DNA from: Methanobacteriota archaeon
GTDB taxonomy: Archaea > Methanobacteriota > Methanobacteria > Methanobacteriales > Methanobacteriaceae
Direction: 5' to 3'
NCBI GenBank assembly: GCA_963787255.1
Contig: CAWBCJ010000029.1
Location: 416,001 to 480,000 of the forward strand
DNA: 64,000 nt
Shown here piece by piece: positions 44,863 through 56,345 of the stretch. The translations under genes were made by a program, and so were the position numbers. The notes under the pieces are model-generated. The model did no database searches. It saw only the letters and a program-made list of their open reading frames with translations, and had not been told where the DNA came from. Every line of letters starts with the position of its first letter. Within the stretch, counting starts at the first letter, position 1.

Positions 44863-46854
44863 TTATTTGGCCTGGCCTGTTCCGCCAAGTGCCGCTTCGA
44901 TTTGAGCCATGATTTGGGCTGTTTTGAAGTGACTCTGGTCCATTGCTCCAGATGGGCATGCTGCAACACATGTTCCGCATCCGTGACAGAGTGCAATGTT
45001 AACTGCTGCCTGTTCATCTTCTCTGGATAGAGCACCGTATGGACATAGTTCAATACAAACTGCACATCCACCACAGACATCTGTATCGGTAACTGCGACG
45101 ATTGGTTCAATTTCCACTTCACCTTTAACCATTGGGATAGCTGCTCTTGCTGCAGCACCTGATGCTTGTGCTACGGAGTCAGGAATATCTTTTGGTCCTT
45201 GAGCTACACCTGCAAGGTATACACCTTCAGTGAGTGTGTCTACAGGTCTGAGTTTTGGGTGAGCTTCCATTAAGAACCCATCTGCACTTTTGGAGAGTCC
45301 GATGGTCTGTCTTAGTTTCTCTGCACCTGCTGGTGGTACTAAACCGGCTGCAAGTACAACCATGTCGTAGTTGTATTCAGTTACTCTTCCAAGTAAGCTG
45401 TCTTCACTTCTGACGGTTAATGTTTCGTCAGGGTTTCCAAGAACTGCTGCTGGCCGTCCTCTTATGAATTTAATACCGTATTTTTCTTGTGAACGTTTGT
45501 AGAACTCTTCGAATCCTTTACCGAATGCTCTTATATCCATGTAGTAAATTGCAACTTCAGTATCAGGCATTTTGTCCTTTACGAGTTGAGCGTTCTTCAT
45601 AGAGTGCATACAGCAAACTCTTGAACAGTACTCGTTACCCACTTTTTCGTCCCTTGAACCGACACATAAGATGAATGCAACGCTTTTTGGTTTTTGACCG
45701 TCGGATGGTTTTAAGACTTTACCTTCGGTTGGTCCTGATGCGTTGATCTGTCTTTCAATTTCTAGACCGGTAATAACGTTAGCGTTATCAGCGTATCCAT
45801 ATTCGAGTTTTTCGTTAGCATCAAACTGGTCGTAACCTGTTGCAACTATGATTGTACCTACATCGAGTTCAACTTCTTCTGGTTCCTGGCCGTGCTGTAC
45901 TGCTCCTCTTTCACATATTTGATCACAGAGGTTACATTCGATACAGTAATCTTTGTCGATTGTAGCGAGGAGTGGTACCGCTTGTGGGAACGGGATGTAT
46001 GCTGCTTTTACCATTCCAATTCCTTCATCGAAGTAGTTTGGAATTTCTATTGGGCAGACATCTACGCATGATCCGCATCCTACACATAAATCTTCGTCTA
46101 TGTATCTTGGTTTTCTTTCTACGGTTACTTTGAAGTTTCCAATGTATCCTTCTACATCTTTAACTTCTGAGTAAGATAATAGTTCAATATTTTCGTGTTT
46201 TCCACAGTCCACCATTTTAGGTGCGAGAATACACATGGAACAATCGAGAGTTGGGAATGTCTTATCTAACTGGGCCATTCTTCCACCAATGGTAGGTTGT
46301 TTTTCTACCAGGTAGGTTTTGAATCCCATGTCAGCTAAATCGAGTGCGGATTGAATTCCTGCAACTCCACCACCAATAACTAAAGCTTTATTAGTTACAC
46401 TAACTGTTTCAGATACTAGAGGTTCTAATAATCTTGCTTTTGCAACTGCCATTCTTGTTAGGTCTTTTGCCTTTTCAGTTGCAGCTTCAGGTTCGTTCAT
46501 GTGTACCCATGAATCGTGTTCCCTTATGTTTGCAAATTCAAATAAAAATGGGTTTAATCCAGCTTCTCTAACACATCTTCTGAATGTTGGCTCGTGGAGC
46601 CTTGGTGAGCATGCTGCTACAACGACTCTGTTCAATCCTTTTTCTTTAATGTCCTTCTGGATCATTTCTTGACCTGGATCTGAACAGAAGTATTTGTATT
46701 CTTCACTTACAACAACGTTTGGGAGTGTTGCTGCATAATCTTTAATTGCATCAATGTCTACAACACCACCGATGTTGATTCCACAGTGACACACGTATAC
46801 TCCTATTTTAGGTTCTTCAGTAGTTTCTTGCATTTCTTTTTTTTCTTCTGCCAA
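44863..46854 (-). CDS. hdrA: Heterodisulfide reductase subunit A
   Basis: [43 protein letters not shown], ferredoxin motifs; Cys rather than Sec. Confidence 0.98.
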   Translation of the reverse strand: MAEEKKEMQETTEEPKIGVYVCHCGINIGGVVDIDAIKDYAATLPNVVVSEEYKYFCSDPGQEMIQKDIKEKGLNRVVVAACSPRLHEPTFRRCVREAGLNPFLFEFANIREHDSWVHMNEPEAATEKAKDLTRMAVAKARLLEPLVSETVSVTNKALVIGGGVAGIQSALDLADMGFKTYLVEKQPTIGGRMAQLDKTFPTLDCSMCILAPKMVDCGKHENIELLSYSEVKDVEGYIGNFKVTVERKPRYIDEDLCVGCGSCVDVCPIEIPNYFDEGIGMVKAAYIPFPQAVPLLATIDKDYCIECNLCDQICERGAVQHGQEPEEVELDVGTIIVATGYDQFDANEKLEYGYADNANVITGLEIERQINASGPTEGKVLKPSDGQKPKSVAFILCVGSRDEKVGNEYCSRVCCMHSMKNAQLVKDKMPDTEVAIYYMDIRAFGKGFEEFYKRSQEKYGIKFIRGRPAAVLGNPDETLTVRSEDSLLGRVTEYNYDMVVLAAGLVPPAGAEKLRQTIGLSKSADGFLMEAHPKLRPVDTLTEGVYLAGVAQGPKDIPDSVAQASGAAARAAIPMVKGEVEIEPIVAVTDTDVCGGCAVCIELCPYGALSREDEQAAVNIALCHGCGTCVAACPSGAMDQSHFKTAQIMAQIEAALGGTGQAK

Positions 46855-47139
46855 TTAGATCACCTTTTCACTTGTGTGATGAATGATTTTTATGTATATG
46901 ATGTAGGGTCTATCTATACAATATTTATAAAGTTTTCTATTTATTTTTTTATACAAAGTATATATGGGAGAACAGGGATTGGAGATGAAATTATCCAAAT
47001 TTATAAAAACTAAAAAATTCATCCATGTCTACTATTACTTCTATATTCCTCGAATATTATTTTTTTTATTTAATATTGCAAACTTATAGTATTATTAAAA
47101 AAAATTTTATTTTTTTCTTTAATTTTTGAAGTTGATCTT

Positions 47140-48045
47140 TCAACTTAAAATCAATAATATCAATGGAATTGTTGTCAAACTCAATATTGTACTTGCAAAT
47201 ATACAAGCAGAAGCGGTTTTAACGTCAAGATCATAAGTAATTGCCAGAACCAGGCTGAGCATTGCAGATGGCATTGCGGCCTCTATAATTGTTACCTGTC
47301 TTTCAAGGCCATCTATTCCTAATATTAATACAATTATTGATGCAATTACAGGAGCTATAATTAATTTAATGATAGAAACAGAAAATACAGCCTGAATATT
47401 TTCTTTTATTCCTCTAAATTCCAGTGATAATCCTAATGATATCATTATAAGTGGAATGGCAGCATTACCTAAATAATCAAGTGTATTAGTTACTACAAAT
47501 CCAATATCAAAATTTATAAAGTTTAGAATGAGGGCCAAAGCTACTGCCCATAATGGTGGAAAAATTAAGGCCCTCTTAAGGATTGTTGTATATTTTCCCC
47601 CGTAGATTAAAAGGAGCAAAACTCCAAAACTAATGAAGAGTATCATAGATCCGAGATCATAAAAAACAGCTCTTACAAGACCTTCCCCACCAAAAACTCC
47701 TAGGACGACAGGGTATCCAAGAAAGCCAGAATTAAACATCGCAGCAGTTAATACAATGCTCCAACGAGTCTTTTTAGGATACTTCTGAATTGTTGCAAAA
47801 ACATAAGCAATTAAACCGCTTAGAATTCCTACAAGTATGCAGATAAATGGTATAGGGGCTATAACTGGAAGAATGGATAGATCAATGTCGTAAATTGCCA
47901 GAAAGATCAATGAGGGGATTGCAATATTTATCACAATTTTATTTAATGCCATGGCATGATCTGCCTTTAAAATGCCTATTCTTTTAAAGGAATAGCCAAT
48001 TACTATCATTATTATAATGGGAATGATTGTTTCAATTGAATTCAT
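47140..48045 (-). CDS. AEC family (auxin efflux carrier-like) transporter
   Basis: IAIPSLIF, NSGFLGYP, FPPL.A, P.IMISLG, AAMPSA. Confidence 0.9.
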   Translation of the reverse strand: MNSIETIIPIIIMIVIGYSFKRIGILKADHAMALNKIVINIAIPSLIFLAIYDIDLSILPVIAPIPFICILVGILSGLIAYVFATIQKYPKKTRWSIVLTAAMFNSGFLGYPVVLGVFGGEGLVRAVFYDLGSMILFISFGVLLLLIYGGKYTTILKRALIFPPLWAVALALILNFINFDIGFVVTNTLDYLGNAAIPLIMISLGLSLEFRGIKENIQAVFSVSIIKLIIAPVIASIIVLILGIDGLERQVTIIEAAMPSAMLSLVLAITYDLDVKTASACIFASTILSLTTIPLILLILS

Positions 48046-48118
48046 TTTTAAACCTGAATTAGAAATTAATATATTTATTTTCAAAAGAGATTTTGCTATA
48101 TGATTTTAGCTTTTTAAA

Positions 48119-48290
48119 TTATAATATTTTTGCTAACTTGCCATTTTTGAAGATTCTTAATTCTCCCGGTTTAAAAGAATGCCATTTTTCATTAGTTAAT
48201 GGCATTGTTGCTATTAATATGTCCTTCTTTTTTGATGTTTCCTGTTTTTTAAGGTGAACTTCATAATGTTCGTCTGATATAAGGTGTATG
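48119..48290 (-). pseudogene. C-terminal relic of a class II glutamine amidotransferase (YafJ/EgtC-like)
   Basis: LIATMPLTNEKWHSFKPGELRIFKNGK resembles the family C-terminus (IAT.PLT.E.W....GEL..F..G); the upstream part is missing. Confidence 0.55.
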
Positions 48291-48388
48291 GCTGTAAGGT
48301 GCACTGCGGTGAAGATGAAAATAATATTAATTATAATTTCAAAACAGAACAAATATAAATTTAAAATAAATAGAAAAAACAAAAAATA

Positions 48389-48407
48389 GGCATGATTAAA
48401 TCATGCC
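48389..48407 (-). terminator. Hairpin plus T-tract downstream of rpa-radA
   Basis: GGCATGATT-A-AATCATGCC inverted repeat followed on the minus strand by TATTTTTTGTTTTTT. Confidence 0.6.
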
Positions 48408-48435
48408 GAGCTATTTTAAACCTTAAAAGTCTTTA

Positions 48436-49371
48436 TTAGTCAGTTACCCCTTCAGTAACTATCTTAAAGACTGCTTCACCCTCCGGTAAATGAGGACTGT
48501 CTACAAGTCTTGCAATTCTCTTTCCAGCAAGTCCCTTTTTAAGCCAGATTCTGTAGGTTGCAGCGTGTGCAAGTACGTGACCACCAATAGCTTTAGTTGG
48601 GCTTCCAAAGAAAGCATCAGGTCTTGCCTGCACCTGATTTGTGACAAATACGGCTACATTGTAGGTATTTGCAATGTTCTGTAGCGTGTGAAGGTGCTGG
48701 TTTAGTTTTTGCTGCCTTGTTGCGAGTGTTTCTCTCCCTACATATTCTGCCCTAAAGTGAGCGGTTAGAGAATCTACTATAACCAGTTTTATGTTTACTC
48801 CACTTTGAATTAATTCATTTATTTTGTCTGCCATTAGAATCTGGTGACTTGAATTGAAAGCCCTTGCAATATGTATTTTTTGTAGGACTTCTTCTGAATC
48901 AAGTTCAAATCCTGCAGCAATTTGCTTTATTCTTTCTGGTCTGAATGTGTTTTCTGTATCTAAAAAGATACATTCTCCATTAAGACCTCCTTTTTCTTCT
49001 GGAAGTTGAACTGTAACTGCAATTTCGTGAGATATTTGACTTTTACCTGAACCGAATTCACCAAAAACTTCGGTTATGGCTTGAGTTTCGAATCCACCAC
49101 CAATAAGTTCGTCAACAGCAGTGCTTCCACAGGTTATTCTCCCCACATCTTTCCTTCGTTCCATGACGTCAAATGCGGTTTCAAAGTCAATTGATTCGGC
49201 TTTTCTTGCAGCTTCAATGACTTTTTCAGCGACTCCTTCACCGATTTCAGCTTTTACACTGAGTTCTTTGGCTGTTGCTGTTGCAAGTCTCATCATGTCT
49301 GCAAAACCGGCATCTCTAAGTTTTTGAGCGGTTTTTTCCCCAACATTGGGTAAATCTTCTAATTCGACCAT
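48436..49371 (-). CDS. radA: DNA repair and recombination protein RadA
   Basis: N-terminal Hh[33 protein letters not shown]. Confidence 0.98.
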   Translation of the reverse strand: MVELEDLPNVGEKTAQKLRDAGFADMMRLATATAKELSVKAEIGEGVAEKVIEAARKAESIDFETAFDVMERRKDVGRITCGSTAVDELIGGGFETQAITEVFGEFGSGKSQISHEIAVTVQLPEEKGGLNGECIFLDTENTFRPERIKQIAAGFELDSEEVLQKIHIARAFNSSHQILMADKINELIQSGVNIKLVIVDSLTAHFRAEYVGRETLATRQQKLNQHLHTLQNIANTYNVAVFVTNQVQARPDAFFGSPTKAIGGHVLAHAATYRIWLKKGLAGKRIARLVDSPHLPEGEAVFKIVTEGVTD

Positions 49372-49453
49372 TTTGATTCTCCTTGATGTTTATAAAAATT
49401 ATTTCATGGAATTTAAGCTCTAAAAAAAAGCAAACGAATTTATGTTTAAGAAC

Positions 49454-51829
49454 TTATAATTCCTTACCCACTATCTTCTTGGCAATTAGCCTTATCTCCT
49501 CGTTGTATTCATCGAAGCTTGCATCCGCAATTACTGTAATGGTGCTACCTATCAGGTCTTCCACCTTTTCTGCGAGGGATCCTTCATCTGCAGTCTTCAT
49601 AATCACTTCATTTGCCTCATCTGTAGTCATTCCAATGAGCTCTTCAGCAAGTTTTCTGAAGAATGTTGTTCTGACAGTTCCAGTGTCGTCTTCTATTACA
49701 CATGGAAGTATCATTAGATAGTTTGGCTTCTGTATTTCTTCTCCGCAGAAATCACAAATAAATGCATCATCGACATATTCAACTCTTTTATTGCAATTTG
49801 GACACATTTCATAAAGTATCCTATCGCCATAAGCTTCAGCAATCTTTCCACTTACCTTAATATTTTTATCTTCCTCTTCAATTTCCTCAATTTTCCGTGT
49901 TTTGTAAATAGATTCCTCAATTTCTTCAAGTGACGGAATTGACTGCATATCCTCGTCTTTAGGCTTTATAACTATTGTTGCTCTTCCAACACTGAGTTCA
50001 ACGCTGTCATTACGGAATCTTGGACGTGCATTTTTAATCCAGATTGAATCTCCTCTGTTTAATCCCATTTCGGCCTTTTCATCCCAGAACGAAGCTCTTA
50101 CAGAACCAGTATCGTCAGCCAGTTCTACTGATCTTACCATTCCCATGGTCCCGTTTGATCTCTGGAATTCATTTACATCGTAAAGGTTAATCACACGCCC
50201 GATTACTCCCACCTCATCCTTTTCACTGTTAATATTCTCTAAATCCCCTATTTTAACGGGTTTATACATGATATCTTCGAGTTTATCAAGTGAAGGGAGA
50301 CTTTGACCATCATCATTCATTACTATTACTCTAACTGTTTTGCCAATGCTTAGCTCCACTTTGTCGTCTCTGAACCTTGTTTTTGCATTTTCTATCTTTA
50401 CAAGATTTCCTCTGTTTAATCTGAGCTCTGCTTTTTCGTCCCATAATGAAGCCCTCACAGTTCCAGTGTCATCAGCTATTTTAACTGATCTTACAAGCCC
50501 CACACTTCCATCAGCTCTCTGGAACTCGTTGGCATCGTAAAGCTCCATGATTCTTCCAATTATATCTACTTCTTCCCCTTCATCTTCAATTTTATGTAAA
50601 TCTTCAATTTTGATTGGTTCGAGTTCTTTTTTATGTTCCTCAAGAACATCTTTTAAACCAGCATCATCATCAGGGTTTATTGTTAGTTTACTGCTCCACC
50701 CAGTGTTTACCCTGTAATTTGTCTCTGAATACTCGTCAAATTCAATATTCCCGCCTGTAATCTTTAAAATATCGCCCTTGTTAATATTGAGATCTGCATC
50801 GTCATTCCAGAGGGTTACTTTTATTGAACCAGTTCCATCTGAAATTACAATAGACTTTACAGCTCCAGCAGTTCCATCGGAACGTTCAAAGGTTATTTTA
50901 TCCTGTATTTTACTTACAACACCCATTAAAGTAACATTTTTCATTTCATGGGCGTCACCTATTTTCATCACACTTTCTTCGTGTTCTGGAACGTCAAATT
51001 CACCTTTTACTATTCTCCCAATCCATGAATGGGCTAAATTTACTTCCCCGTTCCTCACACGGCTTTGCGCCCCTAATATTTTTACAGAATCTCCTTCTTT
51101 GAGTTCTATCTCGTCAAGGAGTTCAACATCTTTGTTCCATAGGGTAAAAGATATTGAACCTGTTTCATCTTTTAAATCAAGAGTAATAAACTTCCCTTCC
51201 CTGCCATTGCTGTTGTATGTCCGTATTCTTGATATTCGGACAACTCTGGCAATTATATTGACCTGCATTTCGCCTTTAATATCGGAAATTGATGTTATTT
51301 TCTCGTCATAAACAGGATATTTTCCTGCATCTTCACCACCAAGTTTTTCTATGGTTGATCTGCCCTGCATGTGAGCTTCTTGAGCTCTATATCCGTCCTT
51401 TATTTCTACATTGTTTATTTTTACAATATCTCCTTCTGAAATCTTTTTAAGGAGTTTAATGTTATCAGTCCATAAAACGACACGAATTTCACCGCTGGTA
51501 TCTGCAATCATGAGATTTGCTACTTTGCCTTCTTTTCCTTTTTTTGTTGTAAATGCCTTGACGTTAGAAATTCGCATTACCCTTCCAGTTATGCTTATAT
51601 CGTGTAAACCGGTTTCAAGTTCAGATATATCACGTGATTCGTTATCCTTGGCAACAGGAACGTTTTTTTCGTCTATATACTCTCCTACTATCATTCTTGC
51701 AATATCCAGCTCGTCCATGAAGCTTACGTCTTCATAGTCTTTTTTCATTTCTTCTATTTTCTTCAAGAATTCATCATAAGAAATTTTTTCGCTGATTCGC
51801 TGGTATTCACTTTTTATATCATTTTCCAT
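49454..51829 (-). CDS. rpa: Replication protein A (multi-OB-fold, C-terminal zinc finger)
   Basis: Repeated D.TG.....(L/F)W OB motifs; CPNC...CDFC zinc finger. Confidence 0.93.
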   Translation of the reverse strand: MENDIKSEYQRISEKISYDEFLKKIEEMKKDYEDVSFMDELDIARMIVGEYIDEKNVPVAKDNESRDISELETGLHDISITGRVMRISNVKAFTTKKGKEGKVANLMIADTSGEIRVVLWTDNIKLLKKISEGDIVKINNVEIKDGYRAQEAHMQGRSTIEKLGGEDAGKYPVYDEKITSISDIKGEMQVNIIARVVRISRIRTYNSNGREGKFITLDLKDETGSISFTLWNKDVELLDEIELKEGDSVKILGAQSRVRNGEVNLAHSWIGRIVKGEFDVPEHEESVMKIGDAHEMKNVTLMGVVSKIQDKITFERSDGTAGAVKSIVISDGTGSIKVTLWNDDADLNINKGDILKITGGNIEFDEYSETNYRVNTGWSSKLTINPDDDAGLKDVLEEHKKELEPIKIEDLHKIEDEGEEVDIIGRIMELYDANEFQRADGSVGLVRSVKIADDTGTVRASLWDEKAELRLNRGNLVKIENAKTRFRDDKVELSIGKTVRVIVMNDDGQSLPSLDKLEDIMYKPVKIGDLENINSEKDEVGVIGRVINLYDVNEFQRSNGTMGMVRSVELADDTGSVRASFWDEKAEMGLNRGDSIWIKNARPRFRNDSVELSVGRATIVIKPKDEDMQSIPSLEEIEESIYKTRKIEEIEEEDKNIKVSGKIAEAYGDRILYEMCPNCNKRVEYVDDAFICDFCGEEIQKPNYLMILPCVIEDDTGTVRTTFFRKLAEELIGMTTDEANEVIMKTADEGSLAEKVEDLIGSTITVIADASFDEYNEEIRLIAKKIVGKEL

Positions 51830-52046
51830 GTTGATGCCCTCACTTTGACCGACACATTTAAATTATTTGAAGAATTAACAAGTGTCATATATTATATGTA
51901 GTAGTATTTACACCACAATATATATGCTTAACTGCTAAAAAATGCAATTTTTTTCAGCCGTTTTAAGCCTATTTTTGCATTTAAACTAATTTAATTACAT
52001 TAATATACATTTGGATTTTAAATTAAAAGTATAAGGAGGATTATAG

Positions 52047-53307
52047 ATGTCAATGACAATGGCAGAGAAAATACTTGCAAAAGCCTCTGGTAAAACGGAA
52101 GTTGAGGCCGGTGAGATAGTTATGGCTAACATAGATGTCGCTATGACTCATGATCTAACTGGTCCACTGTCTGTAGAGTCTTTTGAGAAAATAGGGGTTC
52201 CAAAAGTCTGGGATCCAGAGAAAATTGTAATAGTTTTTGACCATCAGGTGCCTGCAGATTCTCTTGATGCGGCCGAAAATCACAGTATTATGCGTAAATT
52301 TGTTAAACAGCAGGGAATCAACAATTTTTATGATGTTAGAGAAGGAGTATGTCACCAAGTGCTTCCAGAAAAAGGACATATAGTACCCGGGGAAGTTGTA
52401 GTTGGAACAGACTCGCATACGTGCACTCACGGTGCATTAGGGGCATTTTCAACAGGTATAGGTTCAACAGATATGTCTATGGTATTTGCTACAGGAAAAC
52501 TGTGGTTTAAAGTACCTGAAACCATAAAATTCAATATTGAAGGTACACTTCAAGAAAATGTTTATGCAAAAGATGTTATTCTTGATATTATTGGTCAGGT
52601 AGGTGCTGACGGTGCAACATATAAGGCATGTCAATTTGATGGAGAAACTGTAGCGCAGATGTCAGTATCTGACAGAATGGTACTTTGTAACATGGCAATA
52701 GAGATGGGTGGTAAAACAGGACTTGTAGAACCTGACCAGAAAGCTCTTAATTACGTTAATGCAAGATCAAATAAATCATACGAAGTATTTAAAGGAGATA
52801 GCGATGCAGCTTCCCTTGAAATAATGGATATTGATGTAAGCGATCTTGAACCTCAAATTGCGTGTCCTCACAATGTGGACAACGTAAAGGGTATTTCAGA
52901 TGTTGCAGGAACACATATTGACCAGGTATTTCTTGGATCATGTACAAACGGCCGAATTGAAGACCTTAGAGATGCAGCAAAAATTCTTAAAGGAAATGAA
53001 GGTTTCAAACAGTATAAGAATGCTTGTAATACCCGCATCACGTGAAGTTTACACAGAAGCACTTAATGAAGGATTAATGAACATTTTTGTAGATGCAGGA
53101 GCTCTTGTTTGTAACCCATGTTGTGGGCCATGTCTGGGTGGCCATGTAGGTCTCTTAGGGCCTGGAGAAGTCAGTCTTTCAACCTCCAACAGGAACTTTA
53201 AAGGAAGACAGGGAAGTCCAGAAGCAGAAGTTTATTTAAGCTCGGCAGCAGTTGCAGCAGCATCTGCAATCACTGGAAAAATTGAGGATCCAAGAGAAGT
53301 TAAATAA
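52047..53307 (+). CDS. leuC: 3-isopropylmalate dehydratase large subunit (LeuC/HacA family); 1-nt insertion near 52996
   Basis: DSHTCT.G, GSCTNGR, then CGPC.G and [12 protein letters not shown] in the +1 frame. Confidence 0.85.
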
Positions 53308-53318
53308 ATGGTGATATC

Positions 53319-53819
53319 ATGAAAGGAAAAGCATGGAAATTCGGCGATGATATTGATACAGATCTGATAGTTCCTGGAAGATATCTTGTATTAAGGGATG
53401 AAAAAGACCTTGCAGCCTGTGCGATGGAAGGATGCGACCCTGAATTTGCAAAAAATGTAAAACCTGGCGATATAATGGTGGGTGGTAGGAATTTTGGCTG
53501 TGGATCATCAAGGGAACACGCCCCAATTGCAATTAAAGGTGCAGGTATTTCTGCAGTGGTTGCAGAGTCATTTGCAAGAATATTTTACAGAAACTCAATT
53601 AATATAGGTCTTCCACTTATAGAAGTTAAAGGAATATCTAGGCACGTCTCCCAGGGAGATGAACTTGAAATTGATATGGAAAATGGTATTTTAAAAAACA
53701 TAACTACTGGTGAAGAGTTTAAAATTAAAGGATTGCCTGAATTTATGGTTGAAATACTCGACGAAGGCGGATTAATTCCTTATTTAAAGAATCACATTGA
53801 CGAAATAAAACAAAAATAA
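53319..53819 (+). CDS. leuD: 3-isopropylmalate dehydratase small subunit
   Basis: DDIDTD.I.PG.YL, NFGCGSSREHA, SFARIFYRN; specificity loop YLVL. Confidence 0.85.
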   Translation: MKGKAWKFGDDIDTDLIVPGRYLVLRDEKDLAACAMEGCDPEFAKNVKPGDIMVGGRNFGCGSSREHAPIAIKGAGISAVVAESFARIFYRNSINIGLPLIEVKGISRHVSQGDELEIDMENGILKNITTGEEFKIKGLPEFMVEILDEGGLIPYLKNHIDEIKQK

Positions 53820-53887
53820 GAATAATTAATGTTAAATACTGAACAAAAATACAAATGTTCAAATTTTATTAAAAAATAGGTGTTTTT

Positions 53888-54877
53888 ATGTACAAAATAG
53901 CTGTAATACCGGGTGACGGTATTGGAAAAGAAGTAATGGAAGCAACATTACACATATTAGAAGCTTTAGACGTTGAATTTGATTACACATTCGCAGATGC
54001 TGGAGATGAATATCAGGAAGTTTCAGGCATTGCATTACCGCAAGAAACAATAGATATAGTAAAAAATTCTCAAGCATGTTTGTTTGGAGCTGCAGGTGAA
54101 TCCGCAGCAGATGTTATTGTTAAATTAAGACAGAAATTAGACCTTTACGTTAATTTACGTCCTGTTAAATCGTATCCGGGCACAAAAAGTCTCTTCGACG
54201 ATTTAGATTTTGTGATTGTAAGGGAAAATACCGAAGGGCTTTACATAGGTATCGAAGAAGAAACAGAAGATGGTGCAACAGCTTTAAGAGTTATTACAAG
54301 GAAAGCAAGCGAAAGAATCTGCAGATTTGCATTTGAATATGTTAAAAAGACAGGTAGAAGTAAAGTTACTGCAGTTCACAAAGCTAACGTTCTTAAAAAG
54401 ACAGATGGTTTATTTAAAGAAACTTTCTACAAAGTGGCTGAAGATTTCAGTGACATTGAAACTGACGACCGTTATGTGGACGCTACCGCAATGTTTTTCT
54501 TAACAAACCCGCACATGTTCGACGTTATTGTAACCACAAACTTATTTGGGGATATCCTCTCAGACGAAGGTGCAGGATTAGTTGGAGGATTAGGATTAAT
54601 ACCTTCTGCTAATATAGGAGAAAATCACGGTTTATTCGAACCGGTACACGGCTCAGCACCAAGACATGCAGGTAAAGGAACTGCAAATCCCTCTGCAATG
54701 ATACTATCTGCAGTATTAATGCTTGATTACCTTGAAGAGCATGATGCTGCACGCACTGTTGAAAATGCTTTAATAAAAGTATTAGCAGAAAGTAAAGTGG
54801 TAACACAGGACCTTGGCGGAAGTGCATCCACAATGGAAATGGCCAGAGAAGTTAGAAGTAAAATAGAAGGTAAATAA
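53888..54877 (+). CDS. leuB: 3-isopropylmalate dehydrogenase (isocitrate/isopropylmalate family)
   Basis: PGDGIGKEV, RENTEG, HKANV, NLFGDILSD, EPVHGSAP; directly follows leuCD. Confidence 0.8.
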   Translation: MYKIAVIPGDGIGKEVMEATLHILEALDVEFDYTFADAGDEYQEVSGIALPQETIDIVKNSQACLFGAAGESAADVIVKLRQKLDLYVNLRPVKSYPGTKSLFDDLDFVIVRENTEGLYIGIEEETEDGATALRVITRKASERICRFAFEYVKKTGRSKVTAVHKANVLKKTDGLFKETFYKVAEDFSDIETDDRYVDATAMFFLTNPHMFDVIVTTNLFGDILSDEGAGLVGGLGLIPSANIGENHGLFEPVHGSAPRHAGKGTANPSAMILSAVLMLDYLEEHDAARTVENALIKVLAESKVVTQDLGGSASTMEMAREVRSKIEGK

Positions 54878-54926
54878 TTATATTTTAAGCAGTATTCAGG
54901 TGCAAAAATATTTTGGAGTTTAATCC

Positions 54927-56132
54927 ATGGAAAATTCAAACATCAATATCAGGGCAGATATTCCATTACTTGAGGAACTGATTTATCTGGATGCTGCAAG
55001 CACCACTCCAACCCCTGAACCGGTAGTAAGAGCCATGTGTGATTACTATCACCACTTTAATGCCAACATTGGAAGGGGCGCCTACAAAACAGCAGTTAAA
55101 GCAACAACAAAATTTGAAAATGCCAGAGAAAAAATTGCAAAATTCATTAATTCGGCTAAAAATGAAGTGATATTTACAAAAAATACCACTGAAGCCATAA
55201 ATATTGTAGCAAACGGTCTGAACTTTAAAAATGGAGATTCTATAATTGTTCCCAATATAGAACATCACTCCAATTTCATCCCATGGCTTAACTTAAAGAA
55301 GAAAGGAATTAACTTAAAAGTCATAAAAGCCGATAAATATGGTATTATTGACGCTGCAGATGTTGAAAGGGCTGTTGATGAAACAACAAGGCTCATTACA
55401 ACCACTCATATCTCTAATTCTATTGGATCATGTCAGCCAATATATGAGATGGGTAGCATTGCAGAAGAAAACGATTTGCTATATCTAATTGACGCTGCTC
55501 AATCTGCAGGGCACATTAAGTTTGATGTAAAGGAAACCAAAGCTGATTTTGTTTCTTTTCCTGGCCATAAGGGACTTCTAGGCCCTGTGGGTACGGGATT
55601 TCTATACTGCAAAAATGAAGTTGCTGAAGAGATTAAACCAATGAACTTGGGTGGTGGAACCGTATCCGATGTATCAGAAGGAGACTTCACCCTTGAACCA
55701 CACCCTGCCAAATTTGAGGGAGGTACCCAAAATATAGCTGGTGTAATAGGTCTTGGAGCAGCTGTAACCTATGTGGATGATATAGGAATTGAAAATATTG
55801 AAAAACACAGCATTAAACTCACAAAGTACATGTACAATGAGATAAGCGATGTAGATAACATCATATGCTATGGTAATCCTGATAATATTCATGGGATTCT
55901 TGCTTTTAACGTGAAAGGAATGAATTCTCATGATGTTGCTAAAATACTGGATGAATTAAAGAATATATGTGTTAGGAGTGGTTATCACTGTGCTATTCCT
56001 TCAATAAAACATATAGGTGCAGATTTACTTGATGGAACGGTCAGAGCATCGGTTCATTATTACAATACCAAAGAAGAAATAGATATACTTGCAGAAACGG
56101 TGGAAGAAATATCAAAATTTGCGGGAGGCTAA
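54927..56132 (+). CDS. Cysteine desulfurase (SufS-type, class II)
   Basis: YLDAAST, EHHSN, DAAQS, GHK PLP lysine, RSGYHCA. Confidence 0.9.
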   Translation: MENSNINIRADIPLLEELIYLDAASTTPTPEPVVRAMCDYYHHFNANIGRGAYKTAVKATTKFENAREKIAKFINSAKNEVIFTKNTTEAINIVANGLNFKNGDSIIVPNIEHHSNFIPWLNLKKKGINLKVIKADKYGIIDAADVERAVDETTRLITTTHISNSIGSCQPIYEMGSIAEENDLLYLIDAAQSAGHIKFDVKETKADFVSFPGHKGLLGPVGTGFLYCKNEVAEEIKPMNLGGGTVSDVSEGDFTLEPHPAKFEGGTQNIAGVIGLGAAVTYVDDIGIENIEKHSIKLTKYMYNEISDVDNIICYGNPDNIHGILAFNVKGMNSHDVAKILDELKNICVRSGYHCAIPSIKHIGADLLDGTVRASVHYYNTKEEIDILAETVEEISKFAGG

Positions 56133-56135
56133 ATT

Positions 56136-56219
56136 ATGGAAAGACCACAACTTATAGCGCTGTTTTTAATCTTTATAATGATTTTTAGCGCTGTTGCAGC
56201 AGCTTTATTGTATTTATAA
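56136..56219 (+). CDS. 27-aa single-TM microprotein
   Basis: MERPQLIALFLIFIMIFSAVAAALLYL; ATG 3 nt after the desulfurase stop, GGAGG RBS at 56124-56128. Confidence 0.65.
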   Translation: MERPQLIALFLIFIMIFSAVAAALLYL

Positions 56220-56345
56220 AACAGCAGTAATTAAATACTATATTAATTAAAACCTAAAAGTGTAAATTCAATTTAATCTTTTGTGGAACCGGAATATTAT
56301 TCGCCCGGATTTTTAGAGGTTATTGTAAAGTTTGGAGGAAATAAA

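Noticed and set aside
44772-45202. Alternative-frame and antisense ORFs overlapping hdrA (and similar ones over ileS, purL, rpa, glyA)
   Set aside because: Overlap well-supported genes and lack motifs or RBS; expected codon-bias shadows
44863-46854. Selenocysteine recoding in hdrA
   Set aside because: Continuous ORF with Cys codons and no in-frame TGA
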